Below, one piece after another: positions 38,311 through 49,306 of a DNA stretch of 64,000 bases (position 1 is its first letter; every line of letters starts with the position of its first letter). Position numbers and translations under genes: made by a program. Source of the DNA: Cetorhinus maximus. Its lineage: Eukaryota. The notes beneath the pieces were generated by a model that worked only from the letters and a program-made list of their open reading frames with translations, did no database searches and was not told the DNA's origin. The stretch covers positions 1-64,000 of the forward strand of contig NW_027597550.1 in NCBI RefSeq assembly GCF_964194155.1. The letters are read 5' to 3'.

Positions 38311-39339
38311 AGTAAGGTTGAGCCAGTGCTGCATTGCGTTATTGGCTCCATGCGCTTTAGGGATTAAGGTTAGGAGTTAGAGTCAGTGGTTTGGGTTTAG
38401 GTTAACAGTAGCAGTTAGGGGTTAATGGTTGGCATTAGGGTTAGAGACTGCTATTGACAATGCTAGTGTCACTAAATACAACCTATTGTGAATTGGATCA
38501 AAGAAGCAAGAGGTCACCCTCATGGACAAGGTGAGTTCTGAGAGGGCATTAGGGCAGATGGGAGAGAAATTAATGATGTGGGTTGAGGGCTAGGGCAGGG
38601 AGGGAGAAGAGGGGTGCAGCTGAATGGATGGTCTCAATGTTAGTTACAAGGCACAGAAGCTCATTGCGCCAATTAATGGAGGTAAGTGATTTACATGGCA
38701 GCTCTCCATGATATAGGAATTTGCATGGAAAAAGGTGACTCAGAAGTGTGACAATGACTGATAACAGGAAGAAAAATTCTGTGTGCCAAAAGTACAAGGA
38801 GATGTAAGACTTCATACGTAATGTTGATTGTACGAATACATTCTGTTCTGTATAATGTGAAGCTCCTGTCATTATAGAATTTATCTGACTCACTGTGAGC
38901 AGTGTGAAATTAAATATGTTAGTCGTGAATAAAGCTCATTCTCATGTTAAAGCCATCATTCTCCTTCTGATGCTGAGATCAGATGCGTCATAATTTTCTA
39001 CTGTTATTTCAGATCTCAAATCTTGTAGTTTTCCCTATTGTCAATCTTAAATTACTGCTGGTTACCAGTTACTGAAAATCCCACCGATACCAAGTGCCTC
39101 TTTTCGGGCTGTGGCTGGAATATATCAGCCTACAACAAGAGATATTCATGAAGAACCTGCAAGGACTTGTAAGTATTTGTTTACGAACACTAACATTTGG
39201 TGAAGAATGTCCAGGCTTTAAGAAATCACATTTCATCCCTGGGGGTGTTGTATGGCCTTGTTTAGACGCAGAGTGAAGATGTAGTAAACTTGGATATAAA
39301 TGCAGGAGTCCATGCCCACAGAGTAACAGGAGACCTTAC

Positions 39340-39500
39340 TTGCCTGTTCAGCTCGTGCATAGATTTGTTTCCACTCAATTATGAATGATGATTATCCTGG
39401 AAATAAAACATAAATGATGGCGGTGAGGCAGACAGGAAGGTCATTGTATGTTGTTCCCCAATCCAGGTTTTGCAAGGAGAGAGAATAAAAGGAGCCGAGG
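39340..39500 (-). other. C16orf46: Probable non-coding first exon of C16orf46
   Basis: Donor CAA|GTAAGG at 39340/39339 on the - strand, just downstream of the CpG promoter; the TSS is inferred only. Confidence 0.5.
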
Positions 39501-39900
39501 CCCTGGAAACCAAGCGGAACGGTTACCATGGCAATAACTGTGCTGCCAGCCGGACGCCCCAGCGGATGTGACGCCAGAAAAGCTGTCGTTACCACGGAAA
39601 AGGGAGCGGAAGTGACGATGAGGAGCCGGTAATGGCGGCTACTGCGACGGGGGAACAGCGGCCGGCGAGCGGAAGTGACGGAGACGGAAGAGGCCGCTGC
39701 CTTAGAAACGGGCGGCGGCCTGAGCGGAAGTGACGGAGGGCCGGAAATCGGGGGGAAGGAATAGCCAGTGGCGCACGATTCGAGAAGCTTCGACTGGAGT
39801 AGGCCGCAGGATAGAGGCGCGGAGATTTGAGGAGTGAACCGCCAGAGCGAAGGAGGCGCTGGATGCGGAGCCCGCCCTCCGGCCCCTTGTTTTTAATAAC
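39500..39900. promoter_or_regulatory. Bidirectional CpG-island promoter (C16orf46 / MPLKIP)
   Basis: X-boxes at 39522-39535 and 39588-39601; CGGA(A/T)GTGACG at 39563, 39607, 39670 and 39725; YY1-like ATGGCGGC at 39632; HSE at 39778-39792; GC box at 39871. Confidence 0.85.
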
Positions 39901-39919
39901 AGTCCCAGTAGAGGTTTAA

Positions 39920-40486
39920 ATGTTCCGCCCGAATTTCCGTCCGTCGCAGCCGGGGTTCCGGAGCCCGCCGCCGCCTCCAGGCCTAGGCCCGTTCCCCGGG
40001 GTGGGGCAGGCCGGCGGCATGTACCCCTGGGGCAGCTCGGCCACCCCGCCTTACGGAGGCCGGCACCGGGGTTACAGCAAATCCCCCCAGCAGCAGCAGC
40101 AGCCAGGTCCGGGCTCGGGGCCTTTCCAGCACCGTTACAACAGCCCGTCTCCCGGGCAGCAGCAGCAACCGCCGCAGGGCTTCAGCCCCCGGCACCGGGG
40201 CCGCTACTCCTCACCCCCCTTCCAGCACTCGCTCTCCCCCGGCCCTCAGCAACACTCCCCGAGCCCGGCCCACCGCAAATACCAGGGCTCGCCCAGGACA
40301 TCCACCCCCTTCAGCGGCGGAGGTGGTGAGAGGAGATCCCCAGCGCCGGTGGAACATTACTACAAACCCTCCATGCTGCAGGACCCATGGGCTAACCTGG
40401 AGCCAGTCTGTGTCTCTGACATTAACCAACAGTACAGCAACCTGCAGACCCCTAGCACTGGCAAAGGAGGGAGATATTTCAGTTAA
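39920..40486 (+). CDS. MPLKIP: M-phase-specific PLK1-interacting protein (TTDN1), single coding exon, 188 aa
   Basis: N-terminal MFRPNFRP, Pro/Gly/SP-rich middle, [10 protein letters not shown], and conserved C-terminus [30 protein letters not shown]...GRYFS; intact ORF. Confidence 0.95.
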   Translation: MFRPNFRPSQPGFRSPPPPPGLGPFPGVGQAGGMYPWGSSATPPYGGRHRGYSKSPQQQQQPGPGSGPFQHRYNSPSPGQQQQPPQGFSPRHRGRYSSPPFQHSLSPGPQQHSPSPAHRKYQGSPRTSTPFSGGGGERRSPAPVEHYYKPSMLQDPWANLEPVCVSDINQQYSNLQTPSTGKGGRYFS

Positions 40487-41406
40487 CAGCAAAAAAAAAC
40501 TTTCAACATTATCCTTTTTTTTTGTGTGTATCTGCCAAAGGTAGAATAGCTCCCTCAACATTGTTGAAGAACTGTTGTGGTTCCCACTGTCATTGCTTTC
40601 CAGAGACAGTTGTGTTTTTTATTTAACAAAATTTTGATTACAATTATTTTGCAGGATCGACTTTTTAAAAATGAGACCTATTTTTTTACCCACGCACCAG
40701 TTTTCCTTTTCTTTTGGCAACACAATGGGCTTGTTGGATGTTACCCAGGAGAGTACTAACTACTTCAGAATTAGGAAGTGCCTGCTCAGAAGAACTGTTA
40801 AAATGTTCTTTAAAATCACCAGCCAGTGAACAGTGACTAATTATTTTACAGGTGTCCACCACTCCTATGCATTAATGAACAGGTTAGACAGCATGTCGTC
40901 TGATTTTTACTGTAAGCCATTGAAATGGTAATTTTTAAAAAAATTTTGTCAACTTTTTTAGATTGAAGATAACTCCAGTGTTTAATTTTGTAAAATCCAT
41001 GTTTCTAGTTTGTGTGTGTGTGTGTGTATGTGTGTGTGTTAGTATAAATGAAAATGATTCATGTCTGGTTTAATAATGAGATGGCAATTCTTGGGTATGT
41101 GCAGTAAAGGTATGCAATGTGCTGTTCCTCCTGTTTTCAGTATTTTTGTTTTTGAATATTTTTTTCAGAAGTGTGCAAAAGTACAATTTGAGCAAATGTG
41201 CATTCAATTTGAAAACTTGTGTTCTGGTCATAACGGTGGGGAATATGGATTGTCTTTGTACTGTAATTATTGCAAAACATGGTATTTGGTAGATTATAAA
41301 CCTACCAGCATACATGGGGGAGAATTTTATAGGGTAAATGGAGAGAGAGAGATTTCTCTCGATGACTGATAGCTCTGATTGTCTCTTACCTTGGTATTTA
41401 TCATAA

Positions 41407-41412
41407 AATAAA
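41407..41412 (+). terminator. Candidate MPLKIP polyadenylation signal
   Basis: AATAAA followed by GTTTGCTTGATTTGTTTTTTT, ~0.9 kb after the stop codon. Confidence 0.45.
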
Positions 41413-44400
41413 GTTTGCTTGATTTGTTTTTTTTTAAATCTTAGTATAGAAGAAAGCTGCTTTTCACTTCCTTCAACTCTCCGTGGATGGATGTGCATTC
41501 TATTAATTCTGCTTGCAAGTAACCAGGGTTTTACCAGCTACCTTCTTGGGTCATGGAGAAACAGATATGCTAAATTTTCCATTCCATGGGTACTGAAAGC
41601 CATCTCTACCTAGCCCAGGTGGTCATTTCTGTGTAAACCTAGATACTGAGTTTTGCCAGGCTCTCTCAGTTCAGCACAGCTAAACCCAGTGGCTCTTTAA
41701 TTGGTGTGCACATACAGTATGCATTTTCTGACATGATTGGATGGGAGATTGGCAATAGTAACTCCATTCTCCCACACCCCAAAAATCCGTGCAAATAGCA
41801 CCCGCAAAGAGAGAGGGTGAATGACTGCAGATCGGAGCTCAAACTTCAGATTGTGCTCTCTGGCTCACTACAACACCAAGCAGGGCATAACCTTTTCAGT
41901 CTAACATGAAAATCTAGGAGGTAGCACGTTCACTGGCCATTGGGAGGGTTTAGTAAGTTTGGAAAAGGCCATTATGGTAATACATGTATGTGAACTGTTG
42001 GAATAAGAGATGATAAATTCAATATCTTTGTAAACATTGGACTATGTATTTTATCTTGCCACATTTCAGATGTCATAAACAGGGAGCATTTCTGTCATGT
42101 TTTGGGAGAGGGTGGAATAAGGATATAGAAATAAAAGCATATTTGGATTATACAGGTATACTCTCCAGCTTCAGAACATATCGGAGCTGCAACCTTAAAA
42201 TCAGGATGTGTTTCTAAACATTGTTCCTGTAAGGTTAAAATTTGAACAAAACCTATACAATAACACTTTCAAATACTGTGCAGCAATATTCCTATCCTGA
42301 TCAAACAGTACATCCTTTAATCTATTTGTCACGGGATTCTCTAGTAATATTATAAAAAAAACAATGAAAACTGCATGTTTCCTGTCTTATCGCACTCTTG
42401 TCATAGTCGGATGTGGTTATACTTTGTGTAAAGGAGCTGTAAAAAAAAACACTACTTGAATATCTACAGCACTTAGTTGGTTTTTTGCACTGTTTGTAGT
42501 TTTAAAAATGACTGCAACAGAACAGTAATATTTTAAATGGCATAATCTTGTCCTTATAAGATATGTCCTTAAGCAGTACCGTAAGAGATTTGGTAACGTT
42601 TAATCAGGATGAGACGTGTTTGCATTTCCTGTCACACATCCAGTTTCCCCCCCTTGCTCTTAAGCAAGTGAAACGGGCAGCCATGCAGAATGTACAGAGA
42701 ATCTTCAGGAACAGAAAAATAAAATGTGTGCAGCCTCTTACTTAATCTCGCAAATCACACTTCAACAGACAAATCCAGAGTTCTGGCCTGTAGCCTGAAT
42801 AGTTAATCTCTGAATGAACAAATTCAGAAAGCAATTAGACTTTGTGCTTCACCATATCAACAATATGCATATTATGGTAAAATATCCCTGTCTCTGTTTG
42901 TTTGAACGTTCTAAATCTTACATTGTTTTAGTGGCTAATTGTTGTGTCCCAACCAGTTTTGTAAGAAATATTTTTAAATTGCTCACTTTAAGTTCTCTGA
43001 AACAGTTCAGTTTAAGTAAATTCCAAATGACATACTGTTAGCATATAGCCGAGGTAGGACCCAGCCACTGACCTCAGTGTCAGTATCTGCAAGTACTTTG
43101 CTTGAATATAGACAAAGCGCTGAAACAGTAGAGCATGATCAGAAATTTCCTGTGGTTGTAGCGGAGTACAGAAGCTGTTCTTATCATCACCTAATTTCTT
43201 CCAACGTTTCTCCTCTTTTTGTTAAAGGAATAGTACCAGAAAAAAGTAGAGAGGATTGGAGCAAATCGGAAAAGTTACTTGACATTTGAATCGTGTATTT
43301 ACATTCTCATCTTGCATTTTCTTTGGTTTTATCTTTACTTTGTGCATTTTCTAATCTTGGCTCCGTGTAGTGCAAATAATTATAACGGTAAAATGTGAAA
43401 ACTTTTGTAACTCAACGTTACTGATTTGTTCACAGAACCTCTTTTCCATTCTTTTTGTTTCACTTATTTTGTCTGTTCGCTCCTCCACTGTATCCTGTAC
43501 TGGTACTAACCTGTGGAAACGTGAGAAAATAAAATGACAGGGCTGTTTCGTTGCAGCCATTGGAAAGCTTGCTCACCACATTTGAGGGCCGTATGGGGAG
43601 AAGCGTTTTGCTGGGTCATCTTTTATTGGGATCAGTTGGAATTTGTGCATGGTTGTAGTGTTAGTAGTAAAGTATGTAATGGAAATGGGAGAGGAGGGGT
43701 TTCTTGATTTTCATATCAGCTTCTTGACTGCACCCTTCCAGCCCAATAAGGAGTGGTGTTTTATCCCCAAGCTCCAACTGATACCTGGGACATGTGAAGT
43801 GATGCAGTTGGCATTAAATCAAGGAGGGTTGTGTGTATCATCTAAATAGTTGGCCTTTAAGTTATTGGTTGTTGGGTTTAAAAAAGGCGGGCTGTGGTTA
43901 ATAGTGTGTAACAAATTATCTACCTGTGATAATTACTCGAGATGCATCTAACCGGAAGGAGCATCACAGTTGTATACTATCGGCAAACTGGAGAGTGGTA
44001 AATAACACTCCATCTCTCTAAATGTGGGATGATGTGTGAATTATTAAAATTTATATTTTTGTGTGAAATCATAACACCAGTAGTGAAATAAATTAGAAAT
44101 TTCATCCTCAAGTATTTTTGTTGGCGCCATGTTTGTTTGAATTTAACTTATTTTAAGGCATCCCTCCCATTTGGTAAGACCTTTTGGGACCCAATGCCTA
44201 AAACCCCTTAACTGTGTGCGTGGGGGAAGAGTGGTTAAGCTTTGGAGTCTGCTGACTGAGATAAACACTGACATAAACAGGCTTAGTTGATTTTTGTATT
44301 TCGAAGTTTGGGGTGTGTTGAGGACTAATATCAAATCCTGCAGTTTGATGATGCAAGACTCGCTGATTTGTGTTCTTCACTTTTTAAAAAAAGTCTCTCC

Positions 44401-44894
44401 TACCTCAGTTCTTGGCTTGATGTGATACCTGTTCCAGACAATTCAACTTTTGCTTATTTGGAAAGAAGTTAAAAGTAGAGGGCAGTAGCTTTGGTGTGGG
44501 GTGACGAAGTGTCATCATTTGGAGAAATTACATTGTTTGGGTGTATGTCATTTTTGAATATTGAACTGTTGGAAAATGACTGGCAATATTCTGGCCAAAT
44601 TCTTTCTACAAGACTGAATAGAAGATCAGGTAAAGTTGTTTCTTAAAATACATTAATGTTTTGTGTAGCAAGTGGCCAAATTTCCCATTCATGTTTAATG
44701 CCATGGGATCTTTTACATCCACCCAAGCAGGCAGAAAGGGCCTTGATTTAACATATCGTCTGAAAGATGGCACCTCTGACAGTGCAGCACTCCCTCCGTA
44801 CTCCACTGGGTGTCATATTTGTGCTCAAGCTCTGGAGTGTGAGAGAATGTCACCAACTGAGCCAGCTTCATGTTTAAGTTCTTGAATATGTCTC

Positions 44895-45800
44895 AAGTAT
44901 CAGGTGGTTAAGAAGGTATATGGGATACTTGCCTTTATTAGCCGAGGCATAGAATATAAGAGCTGGTTATGTTGGAGCTATATAGAATGCTAGTTAGGCC
45001 ACTGTGCCGTTCTGGTCACCACACTATAGGAAGGATGTGATCGCACTGAAGAGTTGCAGAGGCGATTCACAAAGATGTTGCCTGGGCTGGAGCATTTCAT
45101 CTATGAAGAGAGACTGGATAGTCTAGGGTTGTTTTGGCTTTTTTAAAATTCATTCATGGGCTGTGGGTGTTGCAGGCATTTATTGCCCATCCCTCATTGC
45201 CCTTGTTTATTTTAAGAGTTAACCTGGAGTCACATGTAGGCCAGACCAAGTAAGGACAGCAGATTTCCTTCCCTGAAGGATGTTAGTGGGTTTTTACAGC
45301 AATCAACAATGGTTTCATGGTCATCAATAGACTTGTAATTCCTCTATATCTTTTATCGAATTCAAATTCCACCATCTGCCATGGTGAGATTCAAACCTGG
45401 GTCCCCAGAGCATTACCCTAGGTCTCTGGATTACTAGTCCAGCGACAATGTCACTATGCCATTGCCTCCCCTCAGGGGACCTGATAGAAGTATACAAAAT
45501 TGAGGGGCATAGATCGGGAAAAACTTTTCCCCTTAGCACAAGTATCAATAACCAGGGGGCATAGATTTAAGGTAAGGGGCAGGAGGTTTAGAGGGGATTT
45601 GAGAAAACATTTTTTCACCCAAGGGTGGATGGAATCTGGAACACACTGCTTGAGGGGGTGGTAAAGGCAGGAACCCTCACAACATTTAAGTATTTAGATG
45701 AGCACTTGAAACACCATAGCATACAGGACTATGAACCAAGTGCTGAAAAATGGAATTAGAATAGATAGGTGTTTGATGGCTGTATAACTCTTATGACTCC
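44895..45800 (+). mobile_element. CR1 3' fragment with nested antisense SINE A (~45140-45470)
   Basis: ILAFISRGIEYKS...GLEHFIYEERLD and GDLIEVYK motifs split by the SINE. Confidence 0.8.
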
Positions 45801-46404
45801 ATCTAGATGCTTCTTTATCCTAAGGGGAATATAATTTACCTCTACGGTCTTAATCAAGGTCATTCCTCCTCTCTGTGCAAGTGATATTTCTCTTAAATTG
45901 AAGTATTTCCTCCAATAATTTTTTTGTAGCTGCCAAATATATATCCAAATTTAAATGGAAGCCATGAGAACCACGATTATAACAATTCTAATATGTCTGA
46001 TCTTGGCTTCCCTTACAGCAAAAACAACGGAATATTTGTTAATTTGATCTTCGGAAAATTTGCTGATATAACTTCAAATAAACTGTAAAATATACCTAGG
46101 TAGTAATGGATGTTCTTATTCAGAGCATTTGACATTTATAGTGCTGGTATAGCACTAGTTCAGAAGATGATTATGCATAGATCAGGAGATGATATTCAGT
46201 TGTCCAAAAACTCTTGTTTTCCCCTATCACTGTCAGTCCTCAGTTTGATTTTTGTCAGTTTTGCTGTGGTGGTTTAGTATATTCAGGATATATATCTTTT
46301 CGAGATTTGTTCAATCATAAGTTTGAAGTGCTAACTTTCTCTGATGCCAAGGATCAGATTATTTGGGGCTTCTCCACAGTCTTAAGGACTTGAAAATCTT
46401 TCCT

Positions 46405-46790
46405 GTGCCTGCTGTGGCTCAATTGGCAGCATTGTTTCCTCTGAGTCACGCTCCAGAGCTTGGGCACAAAAATCAAGGTCGACACTCCAGTGCAGTACTG
46501 AGACAGTGCTGCACTGTCAGAGGTACCGTCTTTTGGATGAGATATTAAATTAGGCCCTTTTCTGCCTGTTGGGTGGATGTAAAAGATCCCATGGCATTAT
46601 TCCCCATGCCTTGTGATATTTATCCATCTCGGCATCATTATCACATTGCGGTTTGTGAGAGTTTGCTGTGTGCGAATTGCCGTTTCCTACATTACAGCAG
46701 TGATTTCACCTCCGAAAGCACTGTATTAGCTGTAAAATGCTTTTGAGACACCCAGTGGCCATGAAATGCACAATATAAATGAAAATCTTT
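46405..46790 (+). mobile_element. SINE family B (Deu-domain/SacSINE1-like)
   Basis: GCTGTGGCTCAATTGG head, CAGTGCAGTACTGAG...GGTGGATGTAAAAGATCCCATGGCA core, L2-like tail. Other copies at ~6060, 19640, 44690(-), 53230 and 61606(-). Confidence 0.75.
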
Positions 46791-48280
46791 TCTCTTCCTA
46801 CCCTTTTGTGATGAGCGCTGGATATATTTGGCAAGCTCAAGTCCAAGCAGAGCTGTATCCTTGTAACATGATGTTCTCAGTCTTTACTGATTTAACATTT
46901 TATAGTTTAACATTTTGCTTATTTAAATCACTCTGCTTATTAAAGTGATTTGTACTTTGAGCTGTATAAAAAAAATTCTGTTTGCTTTTATTGCCGCGCC
47001 TATGGTCTTTGAATTTGCTAATATCCAGGTTTCTGAACACTTCACATAGCTTACATTGAATTATGATATCTTTCAAAGTAATGAATGCTCCATATTTTTT
47101 TTCCCCCCAATGTGTAGGAAAATGACATACACCCAAATGGTAGTGGTTATGATACTAGACGAGCAACACTGAGGGCATGAGCTCAATCTCAAGATGCCAA
47201 ATTGTGAAATTAAGTATCATAAATCTGGGCAAGAACCAAACACAACCACAAAACTTGCCATGGAAACCAAACTTTTCAAAATCCAAGGGGGTAGAGTGTA
47301 CTTACACCAAGGGATCATGAGTTACCACAACTGTTGGGCAGGTGTTCTGTAATATCAGGATCTATGATGAGAATCTTGGCTGTTTCAGACAGACTGCTAA
47401 AAAGGTGACCAGCTGCATTAGTTTCCAACTGATCAAACCTCTATAATAGCGATAAATTCTAGAATACGGGTTAACTTTCAGAAATAAAATCATCTTGATA
47501 ATATTTACATAATATCTACATTGATTTTGAATCGAATGTCTTTAACATATAGTTCCTGCAGGTGTAACACTCAATTCCTGTTACGCTTGCCCCTTCATAG
47601 TTACGTTGAATCTATAGCTTATAACAAGCAGGCCATTTGACCCAACTGGTCTATGTTGGCACATAGACTCCACACAAGTCGTCTCCCACCCTCTTTATCT
47701 AACTATCAGCATAGCCCTCTATTATTTTCCCCTTGTGTTTATCAAGCTTTCCCTTAAATATGTCAATGCCGTTTGCCTCAATTACTTATAGCAGATTTGA
47801 CATTTTTACCACTCTGGGACAGCATGCATATGCTACGTCATGAGATCTGCTAATACGTTTTATGTATTACACATTACATTGCTGTAGTGTTTCCATCCCT
47901 CCCTCCCTCCTCAAACCTAAAAAAAAGAGAGAGGAAGAGGCAGTGCCTTCGGGAGTGCACAAGACCTGCGAGGGACACTCTTTTGAAAGTGGATTTTAAA
48001 GAAAAAGGTGATTGGTGAGTAAATCCTGGGAGCAGACTTGGAGGGAGCAGCACCGGAGCGGTGAGTATAAATCTAGCTTACCTCGGGGATTTGCAGCCTT
48101 GTCTCCAGGGAGCAGACTCGGAGGGAGGAGCACTGGAGCGGTGACCTCGGGGCACAGAGTAACTGAAGCCAAAACTGAAAAAAGTGACTACAGGAAAGCT
48201 GTGACCTGATTGGTTGGTAGGAAATCTGCACCAAATTTGAAAAAAAAACACTGCAAAGCTAATTAATTATCTAAGCCGAG

Positions 48281-49282
48281 ATGGCTGGGCAGGTGATGTG
48301 CTGTAGCTGTATGATGTGGGAGCTGGCAGATCCCATTGCGAGCCGCAGTGACCACATCTGCAGCAAGTGTTGGTTGCTGGAGGAACTCCGGCTCAGAATT
48401 GATGAGCTGGAGTCCAAGCTCCGGACGCTGCGGCACATCCGGGAGGGGGAGAGTTACCTGGATGCTTTGTTTCAGGAGGCGGTCACACCCAGTAGATTAA
48501 GTACCTCAAGTTCGGTCAGTGGTCAGGGTTAGCAGGGTGTAACTGCAAGTGAGGCAGGTAGAGGGATCCTGTGTTCAGGAACAGAGGAGCCTCAGCTCTT
48601 GACCTTGACCAATAGGTACGAGGTACTTGCTCCCTGTGTGGATGAGGAACAGGGCTGTAGGGAGGATGAGCCAGCTGACCACGGCACCGTGGTACAGGAG
48701 GCCATTCAAGCGGGGGGAGCTTGTACTACAGTGGTAGTTGTAGGGGAGTCTATAATTAGGGGAATTGATAGCTTCCTTTGTAAGCAGGATCGAGAGTCCC
48801 GCATGGTATGTTGCCTGCCCGGTACCAGGGTGAGGGACATCTCTGACCGGCTTGAAAGGATTTTGGAGAGGGAGGGGGAGGATCCAGTTGTTGTGGTCCA
48901 CGTCGGGACAAATAACATAGGTAAGACTAGGAAAGAGGACCTGTTTGGGGATTATCAGGAACTAGGAACTAAATTAAAGAACAGGTCCTCAAGGGTTATA
49001 ATCTCCGGATTACTACCCGAGCCACGTGCAAATTGGCATAGGGACGCGAGGATAAGGGAAGTAAATACGTGGCTGAAGGAGTGGTGCGGGAAAGAGGGGT
49101 TCCATTTCGTGGGGCACTGGCATCAGTATTGGAACAGGAGGGATCTGTACCGTTGGGACAGTCTCCACCTGAACCGATCTGGAACCAATGTTCTAGCGAA
49201 AAGGGTAAATAGGGTGGTCAATAGGGCTAGAAAGTGTGTGGGGGTGGGGGGTGGAGAGGGAAGGGTAAAACTCCAAGACTAA
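48281..49282 (+). pseudogene. CR1 ORF1: zinc finger/leucine zipper plus SGNH esterase, one in-frame stop
   Basis: CxxC...CxxC and coiled coil; TAG at 48530-48532; same frame continues with VVGESIIRG, VHVGTNN and DSLHLN. Confidence 0.9.
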
Positions 49283-49306
49283 TGGGAAACAAAGCAGCAG
49301 GTTAGC

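Noticed and set aside
38356-38446. Interstitial telomeric repeat
   Set aside because: Only two or three exact TTAGGG units in a degenerate GT-rich tract; too weak to call.
40491-40499. A9 run after the MPLKIP stop as a retrocopy poly(A) remnant
   Set aside because: Only 4 nt after the stop, with no upstream AATAAA or TSD; short A-runs are common here.
41011-41039. (TG)n microsatellite in the MPLKIP 3' UTR
   Set aside because: Ordinary short dinucleotide repeat.
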